From a virus: 64,000 nt of DNA. Made by a program: the position numbers and the translations under genes. Below the pieces are notes generated by a model. It worked only from the letters and a program-made list of their open reading frames with translations. It searched no databases and had not been told where the DNA came from. This document shows positions 9,579-18,543 of the stretch, in pieces (the first letter of the stretch is position 1; the number at the start of each line of letters is the position of its first letter). The stretch lies in IMG/VR virus record IMGVR_UViG_3300000970_000006; one strand, 5' to 3'.

Positions 9579-10211
9579 TTATCGTACAACTCCCATTTCA
9601 TTTAAATGGCGATTCACTAATTGCGGTATAGTCATAGGCTTCATATTAGTCTTCTCCACACACGCGTTTATATGCCGCGTGGAAGGCGATATATTGGCAT
9701 GTATATGTCCATGAATATTGAAAAAACCATCAGGTATAGTAGATTCATGTAATGGAAAATGAGATAAGACAACTTTATATTCTTTAAATCTTTTCCATAA
9801 AGTGATTTTTTTAAATAATTTAGGCAATCGCTGGTCTTTACCACTATCATGATTTCCTAAAATTAATCTTTTGGATGCACGTATTTCTGTGTGAAAGCGT
9901 TTTATTATGTCATCACACTGACCAATGAATACATCTCCAAGACAATATAATAAAGCTCCTGGATAATCATTAACAATTTTAAGATTGTCTATTAATGTGT
10001 TATCCATTTCTTCAATTGTTTCAAATTGCTCTCTATATTTATTGCCTTTAGAGTCTTTAAATTTTAAAATATTTGAATGGCCAAAATGAGGGTCTGAAAA
10101 TATAAAAACTTCACGTTTTTTTGCTCCGCAATCACAATCTACGAAGTGTAAATCTTTTGTCAGATATGAACCTGATTTAAAGCATTTATCGCAAGACATT
10201 ATGAACTCCAT
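9579..10211 (-). CDS. calcineurin-like metallophosphoesterase
   Basis: SDPHFGH, LGDV, GNHD, SHFP, HGHIH. Confidence 0.9.
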   Translation of the reverse strand: MEFIMSCDKCFKSGSYLTKDLHFVDCDCGAKKREVFIFSDPHFGHSNILKFKDSKGNKYREQFETIEEMDNTLIDNLKIVNDYPGALLYCLGDVFIGQCDDIIKRFHTEIRASKRLILGNHDSGKDQRLPKLFKKITLWKRFKEYKVVLSHFPLHESTIPDGFFNIHGHIHANISPSTRHINACVEKTNMKPMTIPQLVNRHLNEMGVVR

Positions 10212-10279
10212 TGTATTATTTTAATAATAATATATTAAATTTTTTAATACAATACAATAAATCTACTTATAAATAAAAT

Positions 10280-10720
10280 ATGATAAAAAAATTTGTACTT
10301 GACGTTGATAATTATATTAACAAATCTTTAGATATTAGACAGCAACACTTGAATTTAAAATCTCCTTGTAATGAAAGAGGAGGTACGAGCACCCATCATA
10401 AAGGTGTATTATCGCAATATTTAAATACTCCTATTTACGGAAAACCTTGCGATTTGTGTCACGCATGCCATAATGCAAAATGTTCAAATCCTGAACATTT
10501 ATATTGGGGAACTAGAAAAGAAAATACCCGAGACGCTATAAACAATGGAACATTTTTAACTCCATGGGAAAGATTAGTTGAAAAACACGGGTATGAAAAA
10601 GCTTGCAAATTGCAATCAAAAGGTAATCCTTCTAAAGGAGGTAGTGCTAATAAAGGAAAATCTAAATCCACTCGTCATAAAGAAAATATAAGTAGTTCGT
10701 TAAAAAATAAAAAACGTTAA
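10280..10720 (+). CDS. HNH/His-Cys-type homing endonuclease
   Basis: CHACHNAKCSNPEHLYWGTRKEN; basic NUMOD-like tail; opposite strand to its neighbours; TATAAATA at 10268-10275. Confidence 0.85.
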   Translation: MIKKFVLDVDNYINKSLDIRQQHLNLKSPCNERGGTSTHHKGVLSQYLNTPIYGKPCDLCHACHNAKCSNPEHLYWGTRKENTRDAINNGTFLTPWERLVEKHGYEKACKLQSKGNPSKGGSANKGKSKSTRHKENISSSLKNKKR

Positions 10721-10806
10721 TGGTAGTCGGAGCGGGAGTCGAACCCGCACGCCTCAAGGGCATAAAATTTTAAGTTTTACAAGTCTACCAATTCCTTCAT
10801 CCGACC
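10721..10806 (-). tRNA. tRNA-Leu (anticodon UAA)
   Basis: GGTCGGA/TCCGACT acceptor stem, TAAAA-CTTAAAA-TTTTA anticodon arm, long variable arm, GGTTCGACTCC T-arm, encoded CCA. Confidence 0.92.
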
Positions 10807-10816
10807 GCATTCTTGG

Positions 10817-11542
10817 TTAATTTACATTTGATGATACGTCTTTAATAACAGCATTTTTGGCTATAGCTCCACCACTAAAATAAAATATTTCTGTCAAAAT
10901 TTTATTTAAAACTGCTTGAATTTCTGATTGCGTAATTCCCATTTTATCATAATCAGGAATTGTAAATTTCTTTTTTAATTTTCCAAAACGAAGTTTGATA
11001 TAATCTTCGCCATTACCTTTTTTATATTTTAATTTTACATTTTTTGTATTTAAATTAAGAGTTTTAAAATCTTGATTTTCCATAAAGGCATCAACCAATA
11101 ATTTTAATGCTTTAGTAAAATTTATTGCTTCTGTTTTTGATTTATTATTATAATGAATAAGAAATCCATCAGGTTTTTCTGGACCATTATTAATTTCTAA
11201 ATAAATAGCTTTACTAGTTTTTACGGCTTTAACTGTTCTAGCAAATGATATAGAACCAGGTACTTTTGTTTCTTGCACATTTTTTGAATTTAAAAATTTT
11301 TTATTATTATCATAATCTTTTTTCATATCATGAAATTTAAGTAACTCTGTTAATTTAGCATATGCTCTCGTTTTAGCAGAATTTTTACATGTATTAATTA
11401 AACTCACGTCAGCGTCATTTGAATACATGCAGCTAGTGCTTATATTAAATCCGTAAACAGTTTTAATAGTATAAGAAAATCCAGTCTTATCAAGTTTAGT
11501 CCAAAATTCTTTTCTAATGTGTTTCTTCATTTCAATAGTCAT
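10817..11542 (-). CDS. hypothetical basic protein
   Basis: 241 aa lysine-rich ORF. Confidence 0.65.
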   Translation of the reverse strand: MTIEMKKHIRKEFWTKLDKTGFSYTIKTVYGFNISTSCMYSNDADVSLINTCKNSAKTRAYAKLTELLKFHDMKKDYDNNKKFLNSKNVQETKVPGSISFARTVKAVKTSKAIYLEINNGPEKPDGFLIHYNNKSKTEAINFTKALKLLVDAFMENQDFKTLNLNTKNVKLKYKKGNGEDYIKLRFGKLKKKFTIPDYDKMGITQSEIQAVLNKILTEIFYFSGGAIAKNAVIKDVSSNVN

Positions 11543-12024
11543 TATAATTTCTCCACGGCTTCTTTGATATAATCAATGTTAGTTCGATTTCTAACTTTAA
11601 ATATTTTTGGAGTGACAGGATATTTTTTCATTAAAGAATCAAATGGGTCAATATTTTTTTGTTCTTCTTGTGACCAATCAATATTTTCTGCTCTATCAGA
11701 AAAAGATGAACCTGTAACTTCTCCAAAATGTAATTTTCTTTTTGCGATATAATGAGATAAACAATAAGACTGTTGTATTGCTTCATCGACAGGTATCATA
11801 CCGACTTTATAAGTTTCTCTTCCTTTTCGTAATTGAATTTTTACCTTACGGTTATAACGTCTAACTTCACGAATAGAAAAATGGCAAAAAAGGCAATATC
11901 CAGAATTTAATAGTCCGATTAATGTTGTAGAAAGTGGACCAAAATGTAATTCAGGATTTTTATCTGGTTGTCCAGTTAATTGAATAAAATATTCACCATC
12001 TTCAACGGATATTGCCTTTCCCAT
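11542..12024 (-). CDS. hypothetical protein
   Basis: 160 aa ORF, TAATG-coupled. Confidence 0.65.
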   Translation of the reverse strand: MGKAISVEDGEYFIQLTGQPDKNPELHFGPLSTTLIGLLNSGYCLFCHFSIREVRRYNRKVKIQLRKGRETYKVGMIPVDEAIQQSYCLSHYIAKRKLHFGEVTGSSFSDRAENIDWSQEEQKNIDPFDSLMKKYPVTPKIFKVRNRTNIDYIKEAVEKL

Positions 12025-12027
12025 GAT

Positions 12028-12225
12028 TTAAACTTCTGCTAAAAGTTTTTCAACTTCTTCAGCATTTTCGCCTGCGTCAACAAGTACATTAATGATTTTT
12101 TCTTTAATGCCTGTTTCAACAGCACGTGCTTTTTCAAGTTCAGTTAAAAGTTCTTTGATAGAAGATTTGGCAGCTTTTTTCTTTGTTTCAGCCATTTCAC
12201 CTTTGGCTGCATTTAAAATCGACAT
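12028..12225 (-). CDS. small coiled-coil protein
   Basis: 65 aa, AAGGA SD. Confidence 0.6.
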   Translation of the reverse strand: MSILNAAKGEMAETKKKAAKSSIKELLTELEKARAVETGIKEKIINVLVDAGENAEEVEKLLAEV

Positions 12226-12292
12226 AGATATTTTCCTTTTAATATAACGATGAAAATACTATACCAAATTGTTAAAATAATAAATACCTACT

Positions 12293-14017
12293 ATGAATCA
12301 TGTATTTTATCCAAATGATCCTACGCCATACGAAGATGCTGACTCATATAGAGGTAATATACAAGTAAGGCGTGCGGGTTCTAGAAAAACACTTTTTACT
12401 CAAGAATTGCTTGATGAATATAATCGTTGTCGAGATGACATAAAATATTTCACAAGCAAATATATGAAAATTTTAAGTCTCGATGAAGGCGTTATTAATT
12501 TTCAAGGTTATCCATATCAAAAAAAAATGTGGGACACTTTTGATAAAAATAGATTTAGTATTACATTAGCGGTTCGGCAGTCAGGTAAAACAACCGGTGT
12601 TATTGGTTATTTAGTTCATAGTGCTATTTTTAAACCAGACCAAAACATTGCCATTGTTGCTCACTTATTAAATCAGGCACAAGAAATTTTAGAGCGTTTT
12701 ACAATGGCTTTAGAACATCTTCCTTTTTTCCTACAACCAGGATGCCGTAAATTAAATAAAAGAAGTATTGATTTTGATAATAATACTAGTATTTTTGTTA
12801 GCTCTTCACGAGGTTCAGCGCTTCGCGGTAAATCTATAAGCATATTGTATCTTGACGAATTTGCATTCTTTGAAGATGATGTGGAATTTATGAGAGGCAC
12901 TTATCCTGTTATTTCATCTGGTAAAAAATCTAAAATCATCATTACTTCTACAGCAAATGGTTTAGGCAACCAATTTTATAAAATTTGGAATAAAGCTATT
13001 AATAATCAGGGAGACTATGTCCCATTTGAAGTTAATTGGTGGGACGTTCCAGGTCGTGATGAAGAATGGAAAAGAAAAACAATTGAAAACACTAGCCTTC
13101 AACAATTTGAAGTCGAATTTAACAACAAATTTTTAGGTTCTGCCGACACATTAATTGATGGCAAAGTTCTTCAAAGTCTGCATCATATAGAACCATTGTT
13201 AGAAAAAGACGGAATTCGTGTTTTTGAACACCCTGTAGAAGCTGGTATTACGTATTACGACCGACAAGAGAAAATTCAAGTTCCTCAATTTGACTCTTCA
13301 TATTTAATGACTGTTGATGTTGCAAAAGGCCGAGGTAAAGATTATTCGACATTTACAATATGGGATATTACTGAAGCACCATATAAACAAGTATGCACAT
13401 TTAAAGATTCGCATATATCGCCATTACAATTTCCCGAAATAATTGTTAAATACGCACGCATTTATAATAATGCCGTAGTGGTTATTGAACAAAATGACCA
13501 AGGTTTATTAGTAGGCACAGAAGTATATCAGTATCTTGAATATGATAATGTATTTTTTGAAGTTCCAAATGACTTAAGTCGAATAGGAATATTCGTCGAT
13601 AAAAAAGTTAGAACTATCGGTTGTTCAAATTTAAAAGATTTGATTGAAACCGGAAATATGCAAATCGTCGATGAAAATGCAATCGAAGAATTACACGTAT
13701 TTGAAAGAAACCGTTCAGGAAAATTTGAAGCGGCAAAAGGTTTTCATGATGATTTGGTTGCAAATATGTTTTTATTTGCTTGGTTTGCACAAACTGATAC
13801 CTTTAAAAGATATTCATCTGGCGCAGTTAAATTATCAGATATGCTGCGTGGTGAAGAATTTGTATCATCTTCACCAGAGTATGGTGATTTTGACAGCGAA
13901 AGACTAGATGTTTTAGAAACGATGATAGCGCAGGGTTATGAAATACCTGATTTTGATATTGCAGAAGACCTTGTAAAAAATCGTGGATATGAATGGTCAG
14001 ACTTTAATAGCGATTAG
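12293..14017 (+). CDS. terminase large subunit (T4 gp17)
   Basis: YRGN, RQSGKTT Walker A, LYLDEFAF Walker B, TSTANG, VDVAKGRGKDYS and HDDLV nuclease motifs. Confidence 0.97.
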   Translation: MNHVFYPNDPTPYEDADSYRGNIQVRRAGSRKTLFTQELLDEYNRCRDDIKYFTSKYMKILSLDEGVINFQGYPYQKKMWDTFDKNRFSITLAVRQSGKTTGVIGYLVHSAIFKPDQNIAIVAHLLNQAQEILERFTMALEHLPFFLQPGCRKLNKRSIDFDNNTSIFVSSSRGSALRGKSISILYLDEFAFFEDDVEFMRGTYPVISSGKKSKIIITSTANGLGNQFYKIWNKAINNQGDYVPFEVNWWDVPGRDEEWKRKTIENTSLQQFEVEFNNKFLGSADTLIDGKVLQSLHHIEPLLEKDGIRVFEHPVEAGITYYDRQEKIQVPQFDSSYLMTVDVAKGRGKDYSTFTIWDITEAPYKQVCTFKDSHISPLQFPEIIVKYARIYNNAVVVIEQNDQGLLVGTEVYQYLEYDNVFFEVPNDLSRIGIFVDKKVRTIGCSNLKDLIETGNMQIVDENAIEELHVFERNRSGKFEAAKGFHDDLVANMFLFAWFAQTDTFKRYSSGAVKLSDMLRGEEFVSSSPEYGDFDSERLDVLETMIAQGYEIPDFDIAEDLVKNRGYEWSDFNSD

Positions 14018-14082
14018 AATACTTAAATCGATAGATATGACTGAATAATTCATATATAAATTCAAAATGGAGCGTATAGAAA

Positions 14083-16563
14083 ATGCCATTTCAAGTATCT
14101 CCGGGTGTTAATTGGACAGAATATAATCTGCAAACAATCGTTCCTGGTATTTCAACAAGCACAGGCGCATATGTAGGTGATTTTGCCTGGGGCCCTGTAG
14201 ACGAAATCATGACGATTTCAAGCGAAAACGAATTGCTTAGACGTGTAAGCAAACCAAATAACCAAAACTACGTAGATTGGTATTCAGCTGCAAGCTTCCT
14301 TGCATATTCTGACCATCTTAAATTGGTTCGAGTAATTGATGAAAACGCAACTAATGCTGCTTCAGGCGGCGATGGTGTTGGTTTGACATTAGATGTAAAT
14401 GCAACTTCGGGCGTAGTTACAAGTATTTCAGTAGCATCTGGCGGTACAGGATATAAAGAAGGTGATTTAGTTAGACTAGAATCTTCTGTAACTCCTGCGA
14501 TTGCTCGTGTAACTGCAGTTTCTGACGGTGGTATAGTTGCTGCTATTGAATTAAAAGTAGGCGGTGAAGGTCATAATGATGACGTTGGAGTTGATACGGT
14601 ATCAGTAAATGATATAGTAGTTAGAAATTCAAACGATCTTTTAAATGATATTGTACTTCCTGAGTTGATTGCAAAATATCCTGGCTCAATTGGTAATACA
14701 CTAATATTCAGTGCAGTTCGTGCGTCTGAATTCGATAATTGGACTTTCAAAAATAGATTTGTTGTGGCTCCAGCTGCAAGTACTGTTTCTTGGGATGCTG
14801 ATGGTAATGATACATCATTTACACTTCCTGATTCTTATAATGAAACTTTACCTAGTGACGCGATTATTACACGTTCTGGAATTCCTGTAAAACCAGGTTC
14901 TAATCCAGGTGAGTATTCATTTGTAGGCGGTGCAATTAATTTTAATGTAGAAACAGAAACATTTGCTGGTGATAATGCAACGAATGAATATAACTTAACA
15001 AACACTCATGACCTTGATACATTAAATCCAAAAGTTTCAATTGACGGAACTGATTTAGTTCAATATAATGGAGTGGGCCTTGTACCTTATAACCAATTTA
15101 AAGCGTTTGTCGACCGAGTTGAGATTGGCGTTAATCGAAAAGAATATTCAGGTAACGGAAATACTCTTATTTTCACTGTTTTCGGAACTGATATTTCTGA
15201 TGACGCTAAGGTATTGGTAAATGGAGTCGAAAAAACTGTAGTTGCAGTTGCTCCGTCAGTTGGTGAAGTTCAAGTTGAATTTGACTCAACTAATTCAATA
15301 GTAACATTTGCTGCAGGTGAAGCTCCAGCTGTTGGTTCAAGAAACGTAGAAATTCTATGGGATTTTCCTGATACCGCTGCTTCGATTGTTATCGAATATG
15401 GTCATCCAGAGAGTGGTTCTGCAGTAGTTAAACTATTCCATGACCAAAATGAAATTCATGCTGTTACAGTAGATAATGACGGTTCATTCTCTGGTGAAGA
15501 ATATTCAATTCTTGAACGTTATGAATTTTTATCTTTAACTAAAGGCGCTCGTTTTGCGAACGGTACAAATAAGTATTATGTTGATGCTATTAATAAAACA
15601 TCTCCTTATGTTGTTTTAGGCACAGAAATTACTATTTGGGAAGATAAAAAATTAACAGGCGGTTCAGACGCAACAACTGTATCAGATGCAGATAGACAAA
15701 TCGGTTTTGGTTTGTTTAGAAATTCTGAAAAGGTTGATGTAGACCATATTATCGGTGGTGCGGCTTCAAATGTTCTAGCACAATGGTTGATTAGTAACAT
15801 TGGTGAATTCCGAAGAGATTGTGTTGTTTACTTATCTCCTCCATTTGCAACTGCTGTTAATAATACAGACAATGAAGCACGAGATATTGTTGCTCATAAG
15901 AATAAATTACCTTCTTCTAGTTACGCAACTATGGACTCAAGCTGGAAATTAATTCTTGATGTTTATAATGATGTATTCCGCTGGGTTCCTATAGCAGGTG
16001 ACCACGCAGGTATGTACGCATTAACTCATGAAACAGTTGACCCTTGGTTCTCAGGTGCAGGTCCAAATCGTGGTAAAATCAGAAATTCAATTGAATTATC
16101 ATTTATTCCTGACCAAACTGACCGTGATATTCTTTATAAGAATGGCGTAAACCCTGTTGCTAATTTCACTGATACTGGTGCTATTATGTATGGTGATAAA
16201 ACAATGCTAGGTGAACCAAGCCCATTTGATAGAATGAATGTTCGTTGGTTGTTTATTGTTCTTGAAGTTGCAATTGCAAGAGCTGCTCGTTTCTACTTGT
16301 TTGAATTTAATGATGAATTTACACGAAACCAGTTTATAAACACTGTTCATCCATTCTTAAGGGATGTTCAAGGTCGACGTGGCATCACGGACTTCCGAGT
16401 TGTTGCTGATGACAACAATAACCCAGGTTCTGTTGTAGATAGAAATGAATTTGTCGGTGACATTTATATTAAACCGGCTCGCTCTATTAACTTTATCCAG
16501 CTTAACTTTAACGCGGTTGGTACAGATGTTTCTTTTGAAGAAATTATTGTGAACAGAAGCTAA
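14083..16563 (+). CDS. tail sheath protein (T4 gp18) with a large insertion
   Basis: SPGV N-terminus, FAWGP, PWFSGAG, FDRMNVRWLF, YIKPARSINFIQLNF. Confidence 0.97.
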   Translation: MPFQVSPGVNWTEYNLQTIVPGISTSTGAYVGDFAWGPVDEIMTISSENELLRRVSKPNNQNYVDWYSAASFLAYSDHLKLVRVIDENATNAASGGDGVGLTLDVNATSGVVTSISVASGGTGYKEGDLVRLESSVTPAIARVTAVSDGGIVAAIELKVGGEGHNDDVGVDTVSVNDIVVRNSNDLLNDIVLPELIAKYPGSIGNTLIFSAVRASEFDNWTFKNRFVVAPAASTVSWDADGNDTSFTLPDSYNETLPSDAIITRSGIPVKPGSNPGEYSFVGGAINFNVETETFAGDNATNEYNLTNTHDLDTLNPKVSIDGTDLVQYNGVGLVPYNQFKAFVDRVEIGVNRKEYSGNGNTLIFTVFGTDISDDAKVLVNGVEKTVVAVAPSVGEVQVEFDSTNSIVTFAAGEAPAVGSRNVEILWDFPDTAASIVIEYGHPESGSAVVKLFHDQNEIHAVTVDNDGSFSGEEYSILERYEFLSLTKGARFANGTNKYYVDAINKTSPYVVLGTEITIWEDKKLTGGSDATTVSDADRQIGFGLFRNSEKVDVDHIIGGAASNVLAQWLISNIGEFRRDCVVYLSPPFATAVNNTDNEARDIVAHKNKLPSSSYATMDSSWKLILDVYNDVFRWVPIAGDHAGMYALTHETVDPWFSGAGPNRGKIRNSIELSFIPDQTDRDILYKNGVNPVANFTDTGAIMYGDKTMLGEPSPFDRMNVRWLFIVLEVAIARAARFYLFEFNDEFTRNQFINTVHPFLRDVQGRRGITDFRVVADDNNNPGSVVDRNEFVGDIYIKPARSINFIQLNFNAVGTDVSFEEIIVNRS

Positions 16564-16582
16564 TATAACAAAATTTATTTTC

Positions 16583-16608
16583 AAAGGCCGCCTTGTGCGG
16601 CCTTTTTT
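16583..16608 (+). terminator. intrinsic terminator after the sheath gene
   Basis: AAAGGCCGC-CTTGT-GCGGCCTTT followed by a T-run. Confidence 0.85.
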
Positions 16609-16670
16609 GTTTCTGCTAATTGATTTTTATACATAGTATGAGATTTAATAGGATTTATTATAGGTTTGAG

Positions 16671-16934
16671 ATGAGAAGTTTAATTGAAGCCATTAATGCG
16701 GATATCGAGCCTTTAAATGAAGATAAGGCACTCGATAAAAAAGTTTATAAATCTGCTGTCATTGAATTAAATAAAGATAAAAGTTTTTTATCTAGTTTTT
16801 TAGACGACGAAAGAATGTTTGAAGGCGTTTCTCAATTAGTTCGCGACTTAAAAGAGTATGAAGACGGCGTTGATGCTGATGATATTACATTCGAAATATT
16901 ATCAAATATGAAAACATCGGTTAAATTTAAATAA
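16671..16934 (+). CDS. probable head internal protein
   Basis: Leader MRSLIEAINADIEPLNE shared with the 18237 ORF; late-type TATACATA at 16628-16635. Confidence 0.6.
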   Translation: MRSLIEAINADIEPLNEDKALDKKVYKSAVIELNKDKSFLSSFLDDERMFEGVSQLVRDLKEYEDGVDADDITFEILSNMKTSVKFK

Positions 16935-17596
16935 TGAAAGCATTATTAAGAGACATTCAATCAGACATTAATTCTATTAATTTAGATGAAGGATTAGGTA
17001 AACTTATCCATACTGTTAAAGATAAGAATAATGTCGTGACAGCTAAAGTTTATTTCGATAAAGAATGGGAAGAGTTTATATCTTATCCAATTAGAAATGG
17101 TAAGGTTGATAAAAAAGGCTCGTATCACACGAGTGATAAAAAAGACGCTATAGACACAGCAAAATTATTTGGTGAAAATATAAATGAATCTAGCAAAACA
17201 AGTAAATTAGATTTATTTGATGTTAATCCTAATACCATTAAAAAAATTGAGCAGAAATACGGAGTGTTTAAACACAAAATTATTTCTGAAGGTTCATTAG
17301 GATGGCCACAAGTATTTTTTAATGGCGATAATGACTATAATAATAGTAAAGGTATTTTCGAGAATAAAAATTTGAACGAAGCTAAAAATGGTTTTGCGAT
17401 AGTTGCGTCAGAGAGCGATATCAGATTTGGGTATTATAAACAAATAAAAGCTGAAAACAAAAATTCTATGATGGAATTTGCAGTATTAGATAATGATAGT
17501 AATGTCTTATACAGCTTTGGAAATGATGTTTCTAAATTCGAAAAAGCTATTGAAGCATTTGGTTTAAAATCAAATACGGATTTAAAATTAGTATAA
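16934..17596 (+). CDS. probable head internal (poly)protein
   Basis: Similar leader; modules separated by LDE/INE/LNE; middle module homologous to the 18237 ORF. Confidence 0.6.
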   Translation: MKALLRDIQSDINSINLDEGLGKLIHTVKDKNNVVTAKVYFDKEWEEFISYPIRNGKVDKKGSYHTSDKKDAIDTAKLFGENINESSKTSKLDLFDVNPNTIKKIEQKYGVFKHKIISEGSLGWPQVFFNGDNDYNNSKGIFENKNLNEAKNGFAIVASESDIRFGYYKQIKAENKNSMMEFAVLDNDSNVLYSFGNDVSKFEKAIEAFGLKSNTDLKLV

Positions 17597-17615
17597 AATA
17601 TAGGAAATATAAAGA

Positions 17616-18227
17616 ATGGCAAAAGTAACAGGTTTTAACCTTAACAACTTCATGGCTGAATTTAAAGCAGGCTCACGACCTAATCAATTTGCTGTTGATT
17701 TGGTACTTCCTAATGCTTTAAAAGGTTCAATTCGTGATGGTACACTTGCAGAATCTAAAATGAGATTTTTCTGTAAAGGTGCATCTTTACCTGCATCAGA
17801 AATTGGTGAAATTCAAGTACCTTTTAGGGGTCGTCAATTTAAAGTGGCGGGTGACAGAATTTTCTCTGATTGGGTAGTAACTGTTGCAAATGATACAGAT
17901 AATTTAATTCGAAATTCTTTTGAAGAATGGATGGACTGGGTTGTTGGTAACGTTGACGCAGATGGTTTCGGTAATGCGGATAATCCTCTTGACTATATGG
18001 CTTCAGGTGACGTTCACCAATTAAGTCGTAATGGCGATAAACTTAAATCCTATAAATTCATTGGTATCTGGCCATCAAATGTTGGTGAAATTGCTCTTGA
18101 TTTTTCTTCTAATGATGCGATTGAAGAATTTCCTGTAACATTTAAAGTTCAGTGGTGGGAATCAGACACAACTCGTAATAATACTGGTGCTGATAAATTT
18201 GCAACTGGTGGTCAGTCTATTATTTAA
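17616..18227 (+). CDS. tail tube protein (T4 gp19)
   Basis: RPNQF, CKGASLP, FRGRQFKVAGDRIFSDW, IWPSNVGEIALD. Confidence 0.95.
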   Translation: MAKVTGFNLNNFMAEFKAGSRPNQFAVDLVLPNALKGSIRDGTLAESKMRFFCKGASLPASEIGEIQVPFRGRQFKVAGDRIFSDWVVTVANDTDNLIRNSFEEWMDWVVGNVDADGFGNADNPLDYMASGDVHQLSRNGDKLKSYKFIGIWPSNVGEIALDFSSNDAIEEFPVTFKVQWWESDTTRNNTGADKFATGGQSII

Positions 18228-18236
18228 GGATAAAAA

Positions 18237-18506
18237 ATGAAAAAACTTATAGAAGCTATTAATGCAGATTTACAAGAAGCTAAAGACTCTGTTGATTTGG
18301 ATTTAATGAACATAGATAAAAAATTCTTAAAATCTATAGAAAAAAAGTATGGTGTTGTTAAAAGTAAAATAAACGCTAAAGGTCCATCTGGTTGGCCACA
18401 AGTATTTTTTACTGGAGACTCCAATAAACTTGCAAATCTTGAAAGCGATTATCTTGACGGTAAAGGCATCTTTGAAAATATAGAAATCGAAATTACAATC
18501 GAATAA
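18237..18506 (+). CDS. probable head internal protein
   Basis: MKKLIEAINADLQEA leader plus IEKKYGV...GWPQVFF domain. Confidence 0.6.
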   Translation: MKKLIEAINADLQEAKDSVDLDLMNIDKKFLKSIEKKYGVVKSKINAKGPSGWPQVFFTGDSNKLANLESDYLDGKGIFENIEIEITIE

Positions 18507-18543
18507 GTCATATAGATAACTTGACAACTAAAGGATTTTAATT

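Noticed and set aside
13230-13300. Short extra segment in the terminase as a possible intein
   Set aside because: About 20 residues, with no intein terminal motifs.
16620-16670. Upstream extension of the ORF called at 16620
   Set aside because: It overlaps the late promoter; the ATG at 16671 gives the leader shared with the paralogues.
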